From positions 227,602,001 to 227,666,000 of the forward strand of contig OZ024741.1 of NCBI GenBank assembly GCA_964016885.1: a stretch of DNA of 64,000 bases, read 5' to 3'. This document shows, in pieces, positions 42,501-54,600 of the stretch; positions within the stretch are counted from its first letter, which is position 1, and every line of letters starts with the position of its first letter. The position numbers and the translations under genes were made by a program. This DNA is from Eledone cirrhosa (Eukaryota). The notes under the pieces were generated by a model, which did not search any database, had not been told where the DNA came from, and worked only from the letters and a program-made list of their open reading frames with translations.

Positions 42501-43320
42501 TGGAATTGGTTGACAAAAAGTGTTCTTAAGAGAAATACATAATTGTTTCTACTTTAGGCACAAGGCCAGCAATTACCCAGTGCATTACTGGTACTTTATT
42601 TTATCGACCCCGTAAGGATGAAAGGCAAAGTCAACCTCAGCGGGATTTTTTGTTAATAACTTCTCAAGATCAAGCACTAAATACAAACACGATAAGGAAT
42701 AGGAATAACCCAGATGAAAGACATAAATGTAGGGTATGTGGGAGGAAGGTGGAATGTGTGACAAACATCGTGAGTGCCAGTGGCATGCTGGCACAGAGGG
42801 AATATAAAAGTCGTCACGATAAAGTGTGCTGACACCTCCATTGGTCTTTATGCATGTTTGCATATATGTTTGCAGCCACTGAGAACTTCTATCATCACAA
42901 ACCGGAGAAGGTCCTAGAAAATCAGTTAGTTAAACTTTTTGAGACTTTACAACCCAGAAAGATACATTTATTGAGAATAAAAGACCAGACATAACTTTGG
43001 TAGAGAATAGTACTGAAAGGAGATGTCTGTTGATCGATGTAGCTTTCCCAAGAGACCATTACGTTAACGTTAAAGAAAACAAGAAAGTTGTAAAGTATGC
43101 AAACTTTAGAATAGATGTCGAGAGAATGTGGAATACAAAAACAAGAGTAGTACAAATTGTGATTGGAGTATTTGGATTGTTTCCAGAAAACCTCCAAAAA
43201 ACCTTGGTAGAGTTGGAATCACTTCCAGCATTACAAAAGCTACACTTTGTAAAAAAACTACACTTTGGTGAACAATAAATATCCCGCGGAAAGTACTGTC
43301 TATCTGGGGTTACATAACTT
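39583..43320 (+). mobile_element. Degraded R4/Dong-clade non-LTR retrotransposon (RT plus restriction-like endonuclease)
   Basis: SGPDGIQGFWLK, EQKGCRK, AWIDFKNAFD, GIFQG..PLLF, FKDDLKLF, ALHPKANV, QDQAL, CRVC..RHD, RPDI; many stops. Confidence 0.88.
42541..42646 (-). mobile_element. 5'-truncated SINE family A inserted in the R4 element
   Basis: Interrupts R4 coding sequence just before QDQAL. Confidence 0.85.
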
Positions 43321-43399
43321 GGTAGGGAATCAATTAAACAATCAAAGCCAGCAATTTGGGGGGAGAGGTGAGTCGATTAAATCAACCCTAATGCATTAA

Positions 43400-43850
43400 T
43401 TGGGATTTCCCTGTGAATACTGACAGAACAATCAACGCCAACAGACCTGATATAATTGTGAAGGACCATCAAGAGAAAACATGTTTTTAATTGACATGAG
43501 CATTCCATCAGATCGTAACATCTCGAAAGAGTTCGGAAAGCTCAGTAAGTATAAAGATCTGTCACTTGAATTTGAGATAATGTGGCATCTTAAGGCATGT
43601 ACAAAACCAATAGTCAGCGCACTTGGAATGATAAAAAAGGGTACTGAAAAATATTTGGACCAGATACTTGGAAAGCCATCGCTGCAAGAGATAGACAAAA
43701 TAGTGCTGACTGCCCAATTTAAACACTTTGTAAGGACATTTACTGTTGTTTGTGCCCTTGTGGCTTCATTTGTGTGACAAATTTTCCTTCGGGTGCCAGG
43801 TTGACACTCAGCATGATTTGGAAAGAAGCAGAATTCAAAGGAAGCTTCAA
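43400..43850 (+). mobile_element. 3' fragment of a second R4-like element (RLE domain)
   Basis: RPDIIVK, FLIDMSIPSDRNI..KLSKYKDL..EI..MW..ALGMIKKG. Confidence 0.8.
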
Positions 43851-44046
43851 ATTATTGTAATAAAAGAAATGGTACATTTCTAAAACTCTAGCATGAAATG
43901 TAAGAAGCGACTGAAATATTTAAGTACTAATTAAAGATCACATGCAAATTTTCTGTCAATATTGAGTCCTTTCTATATCTTATATGATCTATTTAACGTT
44001 CAATATATATATATAATATAATATGCATATATAATATGCATAAATA

Positions 44047-44119
44047 ATTGTTTCTACTTTTGGCACAAGGCCAGCAATTACCCAGTACATTACTGGTACT
44101 TTATTTTATCGACCCCGTT
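44047..44119 (-). mobile_element. SINE family A 3' stub
   Basis: ggcacaaggccagcaattacccagt..tcgaccccgt. Confidence 0.8.
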
Positions 44120-44834
44120 AATACAAATATATATATATAATATATACATGTATATACAGTTTTACTGTATTTGCTTTTCTTTTCTTTTTTGCTGGACATC
44201 AGTAGAAATTCTCTAATCGAGTCAAATAAATAAGTCATTGTGAAAGAAAGAGTAAATATGGTGGGGGAAGAGTAGGGTAAACTTTTGAGTGGGAAATGTG
44301 TGGTGTGGTGTGGTGGGCTGTAGTATGTATGGGGGTGGGGTGGGGGCACGTGCTAGGGTGTGTATATTTCGAACTATGAAACGCAATGCGTCAGAATAAT
44401 AACACAAACATGAACATAAATGAAGAGATAACATTATCGAAGATAATGATTGGAGATGGTTGTAGTTTTGGTGTTGTTATTGTTGATGTTGGTGGTCGTG
44501 GTTGTGATGGTGATGGTGGTGGTGGTGGTGGTCATCGTCGTCGTCGTCATCGTGGCTGGGGAGGGTACATAAGAAGGAAGGAGTGTGAATAAACGATGTG
44601 TGAGCCCGAGAATGTCATGTGTTTTCGCAATGAAAATAGAGAGTCCCTCTGCTGCAGTTTTTGTTTGTATACATGCATTCATACACACACACACAAACAC
44701 AAACACACACACCAACATACATACATATATAAATATATATATATATAAATATATATATATATAAATATATATTTATAAATATATATATAGTAATAATAAT
44801 AAATTTGAAGACTAAAATAAATATATAAATATAA

Positions 44835-44908
<74 letters not shown>

Positions 44909-44909
44909 T

Positions 44910-46642
44910 TTTCCTCTACTACAATCTTCCCAGCCTTCTATTTTTCACTCCCACCCTAGTACCTTCAATATGCCCAATCTCAAATATTTTCTCCCCTGCT
45001 TCATTCTACTCTCCCCCTATATTTATCCACTCCTCCCTGCATCTCTCCAACCTCATCTTCACCAAAACACGATACAACAGTCACATCACATTTTTAAGTC
45101 GCTGTCTCCACAACCACCTCATTCCGCGCGGTTTCTGCCTCATGTTTCACCCCACCTCTCACTCTGCCCCCCCCCCCCCCACTGAGCCCATCCTTACCCG
45201 CTCCTCTCGCCAGCTAATGCGGGCGACCATTCGATCAACTCTCGCCCAAATCCGTTCTCTCGACCGAGATCTCCCCAAGGCCTACCTCCATCTCTCCTCC
45301 ACTTGCCTCCCTTTCCTCGCCCAATCCCTTATCCGTGGTTTGCGTTTTATACCAACCACATCTACCTGCGACGAGTTCCGCACACGTGCCGAGATTGAAG
45401 GGTTCTTCCGTCGATTAGAGCTGAAAGCCTCTTTTCACGACACGCCATCATCAACACAGACGGATGACTTCACTCGTCTCAGTCGCCGGCAATCACTTTG
45501 GACGCCGAGCTCTGGCCAGTTCAGCACCCTCGACTGTGAATCGGTTCCGTTTCCACCAGCATTCTCGTCGCTCTAACATCACGCGGACTGAGCTCTCCGC
45601 TCTTCGCAACATTTGGTGTCACGATGACATTGTCATCAAACCCGCTGACAAAGGTGGCGCTGTGGTGGTTTGGAGCGCCGACCTCTATAGGGCTGAGGCA
45701 CTCCATAGCCTATTCCCAATTACTCCGTCTTCGCCGAATCTGTAGCCAGGACGACGATTTCGAAGCCCCTTCCCTTTGCATGTCTTCCTGCTTCATCCAG
45801 CGTGGATATCCCCCCACCTTGATTCAAGCTGCTCTCACCAGCGCCCGTGAAACAGACCGCACCACAGCCCTCTCACCTTACCCTCGCCCTCCCAACACCC
45901 GTGTTCCTTTCCCTCTCATCTACCACCCCATCACCTTATCACTCCGGCGACATATCCTCCGTTCCGTCCGTATCCTCTCTTCTGACCCCGTCACTTCTCG
46001 CTTTTTTCCAACCCCACCCATTACTGCCTTTAAGCGCGCCGAAACCTCCGCGACCTCCTGGTTCGCAGTTCTTTTTCGTCCTCTCCCATAACTCCACCCG
46101 GCTCTCATCCTTGTTCCCGTTCCCGCTGCAACACTTGTCCCTTTATTTCTACCCTCACTACTCTTGCAGGCCCTAACGGATCTTTCCGTATACACCATTC
46201 CTTCACCTGCACATCCACCCACGTTGTCTATGCCGTCCGGTATTCCCTTTGCAGGTCTTTATATATCGGACAAACAGGACGCCATATAGCGGACCGTTTT
46301 GCCGAACATTTGAGGGACATACGACTCGGTTTGGATACTCCGGTCGCCCGTCATTTCTGTTCTCCTGGTCATTCTTTCCTATATGTTTCAGTCCTGGGTG
46401 TCCTTTTACATCATGGATCTCAGGCCTCGCACATCAGGACTGAACAAAGTCTGATTCTCCTCTTGGACACAATTCACCTCCCCAATTTCTCTAATACTCC
46501 GTCCATTATCACACCCCTAGATTCCTATCACCTTCTCTTTGCTCATAGCTTCGTACTTACATGCACACACACACTTTTACTCACATATACACACACATTT
46601 CTTCTTAGCTTCGTACGGACCTATAATAACACACACACACAC

Positions 46643-46674
<32 letters not shown>

Positions 46675-47051
46675 TCATGCTTACACACGTGCTCAAGTAT
46701 AGCTCTTTTTACAAAACGTTTTTTTTTCCATTTCATCATCCACTTTTCTAAAAAAACAAATCATACACAAAACGCTAGCACCAACAACAGTTTTGCAAGA
46801 GATGTCAATATGAATGGACCTGTTATTTTTATCTAAAGACATTTTTTCCAATTCCATCCCACTCGTCTCCTTAATCTATTTTATTTCTCATTCTTTCTTC
46901 TGATGAAAGACTAGCGTCCGAAACGTTAAGACCCTCAATCTACATCTAAAAAATAGACTAAGAACAGAATCATTAGGAAAAGAATATCAAGCGTTAACGT
47001 AATATATACCTTCCATATACTGTACCGATTGTGTTGTTATTTCTGTTTACC

Positions 47052-47060
<9 letters not shown>
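44910..47060 (+). mobile_element. Neptune-type PLE with the whole RT core deleted; retains N-terminus, thumb, GIY-YIG and 3' pLTR
   Basis: RGLRFIPT, FFRRLELKA, IVIKPADKGGAVVVW joined to HSIAYSQLLRLRRICS; VVYAV..LYIGQTGR..DRFAEH; PVARHF. Confidence 0.88.
46896..46931 (+). ncRNA. Minimal HHR in Neptune 3' pLTR
   Basis: tctt-CTGATGA-aagactagcgtcc-GAAACGTT-aaga. Confidence 0.75.
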
Positions 47061-47144
<84 letters not shown>

Positions 47145-47184
47145 GATATTAAATAAATGGAAACTATATTTATAAAACCATATT

Positions 47185-47245
47185 TATTCTATTATATATA
47201 TTTCAAGGGTACCAAAACTTTGGTACGTTCTCATCAGATAAAATA
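47185..47245 (-). ncRNA. Type I minimal HHR (H1-like)
   Basis: ttttat-CTGATGA-..gtacca(aagttt)tggtac..-GAAA-tatata-TA-atagaa. Confidence 0.75.
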
Positions 47246-47479
47246 CAAAGTTTGTTTTATAAATATTGACATAACCAGGAAGAAGATTTTAACGGTTCAA
47301 GTTTTTCCTGGATAGTAAAGGAAAGAAGAAAAGTCAAATATTTCAAATTATTAAGATGAGTATGCAAATGAGGTTGAGGTATAGGGCTGAAAAAAAACCG
47401 TTATTTGTATACGTTAGGTAGATTTAAATAATTATTAGGATATATGTATGTATGTGTAGGAAGAAGAAAGAGAAAGAAA

Positions 47480-48260
47480 GAAGAGCTTGTATTTACGTTA
47501 ATTTAAAAATAATTAACAGTTTGTAGGAACGGTGGAATATGATTCCAGAATTAAAAAAAAATTATTTAACTATATTATGAGTTATAATATTGTAAATATA
47601 ATCAATTAGATTATATGAAGAATTATGGTTGTAAGTACATTTTATCTTATTACATTACAACAGGTTGTAAGTATATAAATATCTATATAGATTAATAATT
47701 GTGCAAGTATAAGTATTATTAGTGATTTTATAGAAATAAACCACACTTATTAATTGTTTATATTTCTCTTATGAGTTACAAAGGATGTTGATTTTACATT
47801 TGACATAAATATTTATGAAAAAGACGTAGTTCAAGTTGTAAGAGGAGAACAATTTGTAGATTCAAATATTTTGTTCCAACATTGAAAATGTTTTCAGAAT
47901 ATTAATTTAGCGAAGTTATATAGTTTATCATACAAGTTATCGTGTCTATGTTTGCTCAATTGTAAAGGAAAAGATAACTCCAATCTTATTTGCTAACCAT
48001 TAAATTTGTTGAATGATTTACTCAGAAAGTATGTAGAGAAAATTATATATTATTTCGTGTGAGATTATTTTTTTCAAGGATGAGAATTTCAATTACATAT
48101 TATTTACGTCGAAAGATGTGTGAAAAGTTTGAAGATTAAAAGATCGTAAAGAGGATATCTTTCAGAATGTCAATTAAAGATTATCAATCTACATCTAAAA
48201 AATAGATTAAGAAGAGTATCATTAGGAAAAGAATATCAAATGGTAAAAATACTAAATTTA
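47480..48260 (-). mobile_element. Highly decayed CR1/L2-like RT C-terminal relic
   Basis: Fragments RLE, ELR, FYKITNN, FWNHIP, FK in the expected order. Confidence 0.4.
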
Positions 48261-48265
48261 AGAAG

Positions 48266-48303
<38 letters not shown>

Positions 48304-48307
<4 letters not shown>

Positions 48308-48492
48308 AAGTATGAACCCGACGGCAGAGCTCAAGCCGTTTCGACGGCTATTTGAGTCCAGAAATAGCCGTCGAAACGGCTTGAGCTCTGCCGTCGGGTT
48401 CATACTTTTTCCTATTTCCCACTCTACTACCCTAAGTATTGAGTACTCTGGTGCGTTATGGTCCATCTGGTTCCTTACCACATTTCCTTTGT

Positions 48493-48495
<3 letters not shown>
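48304..48495 (+). mobile_element. Palindromic half-HHR element, family P copy B, in (TA)n
   Basis: 50 bp perfect arms 48304-48353/48362-48411 plus shared tail. Confidence 0.9.
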
Positions 48496-48564
<69 letters not shown>

Positions 48565-48865
48565 CAGATATGTGCATATATGTATGTATGTATATTTTTA
48601 TATGTATATATATATGTGTGCGTATGTGTGTGTATGTGTGTATTTCCTTTTCGCACTAGTCAGTTCTTTCGTTGCTACAGATCAAGCGGCTAAATTAGCG
48701 GTCGCTATTTTCAATTTGCAAAAGCCTTTAAACTGTATGCTATTACTCTGAGGTTTATTCCTTGTCGAGTGCTTGGCTCCACTGCTGAAGGCATTCGTTG
48801 GCTTGGCTGCTGATCGAACTTCGAATATGCTGTACTATTGTATATATATATATATATATATATAT

Positions 48866-49105
48866 AGCGAGGGAAAAGTGGTAAGGAACCAGGTGGACCA
48901 TAACGCACCAAAGTACTCAATACTTAGGGTAGTAGAGTGGGTAATAGGAGTAAGTAAGACCCCGACGGCTGAGCTCAAGCCGTTTCGACGGCTAATTCTG
49001 TCAATTCACAGAATTCTGTCAATTCACAGAATTCTGTCAATTCACAGAATTCACAGAATTAGCCGTCGAAACGGCTTGAGCTCAGCCGTCGGGGTCTTAC
49101 TTACT

Positions 49106-49110
<5 letters not shown>
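48866..49110 (-). mobile_element. Palindromic half-HHR element, family P copy C; loop expanded by an 18 bp tandem repeat
   Basis: Arms 48944-49001/49053-49110; tail 48866-48943. Confidence 0.9.
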
Positions 49111-49160
<50 letters not shown>

Positions 49161-49301
49161 CAAGTAAGTATGTTTTGAAACAGTGAGCAGGTTTGAAATT
49201 AGAAAATAGAATAGCTTTCACCGTATTTTTGACTAAAGAAATTTTAACCTAATAATGGGGTTTAGAACCCTCAGATAAATGGAAAAAGATGAGTATTGAC
49301 G

Positions 49302-49364
49302 TACATGGGAGTCGAACCCACATCTTTGGTTATCCAGACCACTGTGCTACCATTACACCAACTT
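49302..49364 (-). other. tRNA-like Pol III head (SINE head or tRNA pseudogene)
   Basis: A box tggtgtaatgg, B box ggttcgactcc; acceptor stem does not pair. Confidence 0.55.
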
Positions 49365-49627
49365 GAATATATATCTGACCAGGAATGCTTTTTGTAAAAA
49401 TCAGTCATATGGAACTATTGTCATCTTGCCTGACGGTTTGAAATTTACAACACGACTTGCCTCTTTGAGGTCAAATACCAACCCTACTAGCATCTACAAA
49501 CTGACCAATGAGAATTAAGACTATTCCTGCTGACAACATTAAATTATTCCTAACAAGCTCATATGTCCCAAGGCTCTGATACCATCAACACTATAAACAC
49601 AGAGCTGGCATATCTAAGAACTGACTA

Positions 49628-49683
49628 ACTGCCTGACGAGGTCATAGCCATTCAATGGCTATCATCGAAATATATATAGCAGT
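49628..49683 (+). ncRNA. Type I hammerhead ribozyme in repeat 49370-49715
   Basis: actgc-CTGACGA-ggtcatagcca(ttcaa)tggctatcatc-GAAA-tatata-TA-gcagt. Confidence 0.85.
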
Positions 49684-49717
49684 AAATACAGGATTATGCA
49701 ATTGACTTATGTTTCGT

Positions 49718-49768
<51 letters not shown>

Positions 49769-49977
49769 CACACACTTTATATATATCTATATTGACTGAT
49801 TTATCAGTTGTTTGTTTCTGAATATATTCGAGATAATTCGTGTCGATGTCATAACGCAACAATGGTAATTTACAATAGTTTTACCAGCCAGCTATGGTGT
49901 ATCTGTGTGGCTGCTCAAACATCTAGAAATAGCAATCAAACCTCACTGAAATCACCATACATACCCCTTAAAAACAA

Positions 49978-50037
49978 AGATAAAGTGGTCCTGATGTCCG
50001 TTTCTCTAGAGAAACGGACATCAGGACCACTTTATCT
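49978..50037. repeat. Perfect 60 bp spacerless palindrome
   Basis: agataaagtggtcctgatgtccgtttctct|agagaaacggacatcaggaccactttatct. Confidence 0.95.
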
Positions 50038-50109
50038 AACGCGCCCATCTTCGTTTAGACGGTCTGGTATCGGCCAAAAATGTTTATATAATGGTTTCTG
50101 ATTTAGGCT

Positions 50110-50290
50110 CAAGCCCAGCAATTTTGTGGGTGCGGAAAGTCGATTAAATTGACACCAGTGCATGACTGGTACTTTATTTTATCAACCCCGTAATGATGAA
50201 AAGCAAAGCTAACCTCGGTGGAATTTGAACTCAGAACGTAAAGAGACGTAACTATATACCGCACAGGATGTTGTCTACGCTCTACCGATA
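50110..50290 (-). mobile_element. SINE family A (long subfamily, diverged)
   Basis: Similarity to 26843-27058. Confidence 0.75.
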
Positions 50291-50975
50291 CCACGGACCA
50301 CCATAACCACAACCATGGCCACACTACCACCATGCCCACACTACCACCACGGCCCCACCACTATGACAGTCCCACCACCAAATAATTACCCGCCTCCGAC
50401 TTCACCACCGTATCACAATCGTCACCCCCTCCATCACTACCATCCTCATAACCATCAACAACAACATCGAATTATCAACAACAATACAAACATCAATATC
50501 ATTATCACCATAATCCTCCCCTAGCCTGCCCTGAATGCTTATGTAATAGGATCGCTTGAGCGGAGCTGATACGAGGCCCAACCTGAACGATAACAATAAC
50601 CTTGTGTTGTTAACGTGGCAAATATTGACATTAGAACAAACTTACTGAACCAATAATTGACGTAATGGCTTGATCTACTAGTTATAGCATCCAAAAACGA
50701 CTCCAATCATGCCACACCGCTCTGAAAACGAAGGGACACACTGGACAATTTAGTTAACGATATATAAACAAATAGAAGAACCATAGCTGCAATGCCTTTG
50801 TTCATAGGTCAGCTCAATTGTGGATGACCTAGGGCTAAACAACAGCGACATTATTTTGTCAGTAGAAACAAGAAAATCAACAACAAAACTTTCACCTCAA
50901 GTCCCAAGATAGAAGAACAATCGATTGTATTGTTAGACATATATAAATGAATTCTGATAATAGTGAAAGTAGGAT

Positions 50976-53010
50976 ATGGTGGTGGTGGTGGTGGTCTTGG
51001 TGGTGGTGGTGGTGGTGGTGGTGATGGTGATGGTGGTGGTGGTGGTGCTGGTGGTGGTGGTGGTGGTGGTGGTGGTGGTGGTGGTGGTGGTGATTGTGGT
51101 GGTAGTGGTGGTGGTGGTGCTGGTGGTGGTGGTGATGGTGGTGGTGGTGGTGATGGTGGTGATGGTAGTGGTGTTGGTGGTGATGGTGATGGTGGTGGTG
51201 GTGATTGTGGTGGTGGTGGTGGTGATGGTGGTAGTGGTGGTGGTGGTGGTGGTAGTGGTGGTAGTGGTGGTGGTGGTGTTGGTGGTGGTTGTGGTGGTGG
51301 AGGTGATGGCGGAGGTGGTGGTGGTGGTAGTGGTGGTGGTAAAGTGGTGGTGGTGGTGGTAGCGGTCGTGGTGGTGGTGATGGTGGTGGTGGTGGTGGTT
51401 GTATGGTGATGGTGGTGGTGGTGTTGGTGGTGGTTGTGGTGGTGGTGGTGGTGGTAGTGGTGGTGATGGTGGCGGTGGTGGTTGTTGTGGTGGTGGTTGT
51501 TGTTGTGGTGGTTGTTGTGGTTGTTGTGGTAGTGGTGGTTGTGGTGATGGTGGTGGTAGTGGTGGTGGTGCTGGTTGTGGTGGTGGTGGTGGCGGTGGTG
51601 TTAGTGGTGGTGGTGATGGTGTTGTTGGGGGTGGTGGCGTTGGTGTTGGTGGTGGTTGGTATTGGTGGTAGTCGTCGTGGTGTTGGTGTTGTTGTTGGTG
51701 GTGTTGGTGTTGGTGTTGGTGGTGACGGTGGCGGTGGTGGTAGTGGTGGCGGTAGTGGTATCGGTGTTGCTTGTCGTGGTGGTGGTGGTAGTGGTGGTGG
51801 TAGTGATAGTGGTGCTGATGGAGGCGGTAGTGGTGGTGGTGATGGTGGTAGTGGTGGCAGTGGTGGTGGTGGTGATTGTGGAGGTAGTGGTGGTGGTGGT
51901 GGTTGTGGTGGTTGTGGTTGTGGTTGTGGTGGTGGTTGTGGTGGTGGAGGTGGTGGTTGTGGTAGTGGTGGTGGTGGTGGTGGTAGTGGTGGTGGTTGTG
52001 ATTTTGGTGGTGGTTATGGTGGTGGTGGTGGTGTTAGTTGTGGTGGTTGTGGTTGTGGTGGTGATGGTGATGGTGGTGGTGGTAGTCGTGGTGATGGTGG
52101 TGGTAGTGGTGGTGGTGATGGTGGCCGTGGTGGTAGTGTTATCGTGGTGGTGTAATGGTGGTGGTAGGGATGGTGTTGGTTGTGGTGGTGGTTGCGGTGG
52201 TGGTGGTGGTAGTGGTGGTGGTGGTAGTAGTGGTAGTGGTGGTGTTGGTGGTGATTTTTGTGGTGGTAGTGGTAGTGGTGGTAGTGGTGTTGGTGGTGTT
52301 GGTGGTGTTGGTGGCAGTGTTGGTGGTATTGATGGTAGTGGTGTTGGTGGTGGTGGTGGTGGTGGTATTCGTGGTAGTGGTGTTGGTGTTGGGGGCTGTG
52401 GTGTTGGTGTTGGTGGCGGTGTTGTTGGTGGTGGTGTTGGTGTTGGTGTTGGTGTTGGTGTTGTGTGTTGTGGTGTTGGTGGTGGTCTTGGTGTTGTTGG
52501 TGGTGGTGTTGGTGGTGGTGACGGTGGTGGTGGTTGTGTCGGTGGTGGTGATGGTGGTGTCGGTTGTGGTGGTGGTGGTGGTGGTGATGTTGGTGATGTT
52601 GGTGTTGGTGGTGATGGTGGTGACGGTGGTGGTGGTGGTGTCGGTGGTGGTGATGGTGGTGTTGGTTGTGGTGGTGGTGGTGGTGATGTTGGTGATGTTG
52701 GTGATGGTGGTGATGGTGGTGATGGTGCTGGTGGTAGTGCTAGTGGTGGTGGTAGTGGTGGTAGTGGTGGTGTTGGTTGTGGTGGTGATGGTGGTGGTGG
52801 TGATGTTGGTGGTGGTGGTGATGGTGGTGGCATTGTTCGTCGTGGTGGTGTTGGTGTTAGTGGTGATGGTGTTGATGATGATGCTGTTGGTGCTGCCGTT
52901 GTTATTGTAGTGGTGGTGGTGGTGTTGGTGGTGGTGGTGGTGGTGGTAGTGGTTGTGGTGTTGGTGGTGGTGGTGTTGGTCATTGTTTAGGTGGAGGTGT
53001 TCTAGTGGTG
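50976..53010. repeat. ~2 kb degenerate (GGT)n array
   Basis: Direct reading. Confidence 0.97.
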
Positions 53011-53545
53011 CACAGTAGAAATACCTGCCAAAAAATCCTAATATTAACTATCTCCTCCTCCTCCTCAAGAACAACACAACAGTTATGAATAATGAAGAGT
53101 TATTAAGTATAGAGTAAATGTTATGTTTAGTTCTATAGACGAACGATGATGATCAGGGGAGACAATATCCCTATACAAGTGTTAACGTCTGAGTCAGACA
53201 CGCTATACACAGGAAATTTGTTGGCAGCTTTCAGGATAATATGTATTCTAAAGAAAATTATTCAAAAAATAAATGCACAGAAACACGATAATGAATATGA
53301 TTTTTGTCGATCAGGACGGATCACATCTCTCACTTGCAAACTCGTTTTCATATCCTGGTATCGAATAAAATAATAAACAAAGAATTGTTTTCCTTTTCAT
53401 CATGATACACACTACAAACACCAAGGAAGGCTGTCTAGTTGAAGAGTTTAACAAACGTTATTATGGCAGTGATGTAGTACTGGGCAATCCAGAATACACA
53501 GTTTCAAATGAGGATAAATAGCAAATACACATAACAATAATAATG

Positions 53546-53762
53546 ATTTCTTCTATAAGCACAAGGCTAGCAATTTTGGGGGAGTGGCAAGTCGATTAAA
53601 TCGACCCCTGTGAGTGACTATTACTTTATTTTATCGACCTCGTAAGGATGAAAGGCAAAGTTAACCTCGGCGGGATTTGAACTCAGATCAGGAAGGGCCA
53701 TAACTCTATGCTGCAAAGCATGGTGTCCGACGCTCTACCGTTACTGCCAATCCACCGCCCTT
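53546..53762 (-). mobile_element. SINE family A (long subfamily)
   Basis: Full head and core. Confidence 0.88.
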
Positions 53763-53999
53763 AAATAGATATCAATAATAGCAATAAGAGAATAGAACAA
53801 TATAACATGAAAGGTTTTCCAAGTGAGAACGATAAACTTAGGATGCATCCCTGGATTACTCGGATATGTTAATTACAAATTACTTATTCCAGTTCTTGCC
53901 GCTAATTTATAGTCGCATACCTAATGTAATCTTATTCAGCCACCAGATCACCACTGTTGCCTATTCCTCATGAAATTTACTCGGGTTGAGGTGGCTGTT

Positions 54000-54600
54000 T
54001 CCATAGGTAAATTTGTTGTTGATTTTACCCTGGAAATCTCAGATCATATCGGGATATTTGTTTTTCCGACACTAGTCATGGTTGTTGTGGTGGCCGCAGT
54101 GGAGATTGGCAGTGGTGGTAGTGGTGGTGCTGGTGGTTCTGGTAGTGGTGCTGGTGTTGCTGCTATTGTTGTATGGCTTGTTGTTTCAAGTATGCAATCT
54201 CTGTATCCTTTCATTGGCTTGCTATTGGTTGCTACTGCTTCCACTGTTGCTGCTGCTGTGGTTGCACGATGTTTGTGATGTGACCACTGCATTTATGGTA
54301 TCAGTATTATTGAGAGGCCTTCTTTCTTTCGTCACTTACTGTGGATAGAAAGCCCTAAGTGGGTTAAGCACCACATATGTGGCATGTTGGTCTTCTACCA
54401 TCTACCATTCTTGATTGGTTTAGATGAGAATCTCCACACCTATCCCTGACCAGTTCTCTCTGCATATCCTGTAAATCTCTATGACTGTGACATCATTTTC
54501 CATTTTGGCCAAGACGGCAGCCACCAATTAAGGAATATTTATTTCAGGTGATATATTTCTACGAAACAGGTGTTTGTGAGGCACACTAAGATAGCTGAGG
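54000..54600 (-). mobile_element. Possible decayed L1/Tx1-like ORF1 (zinc knuckle plus Pro/Thr-rich tail)
   Basis: GRRPTCHICGA at ~54370-54402, followed by a PAPLPEPP low-complexity stretch. Confidence 0.35.

Noticed and set aside
48995-49060. CRISPR-like array
   Set aside because: Direct tandem 18-mers with no spacers, in a eukaryotic context with no cas genes.
49302-49364. Functional tRNA gene
   Set aside because: Acceptor stem does not pair; only the A and B boxes and T arm are retained.
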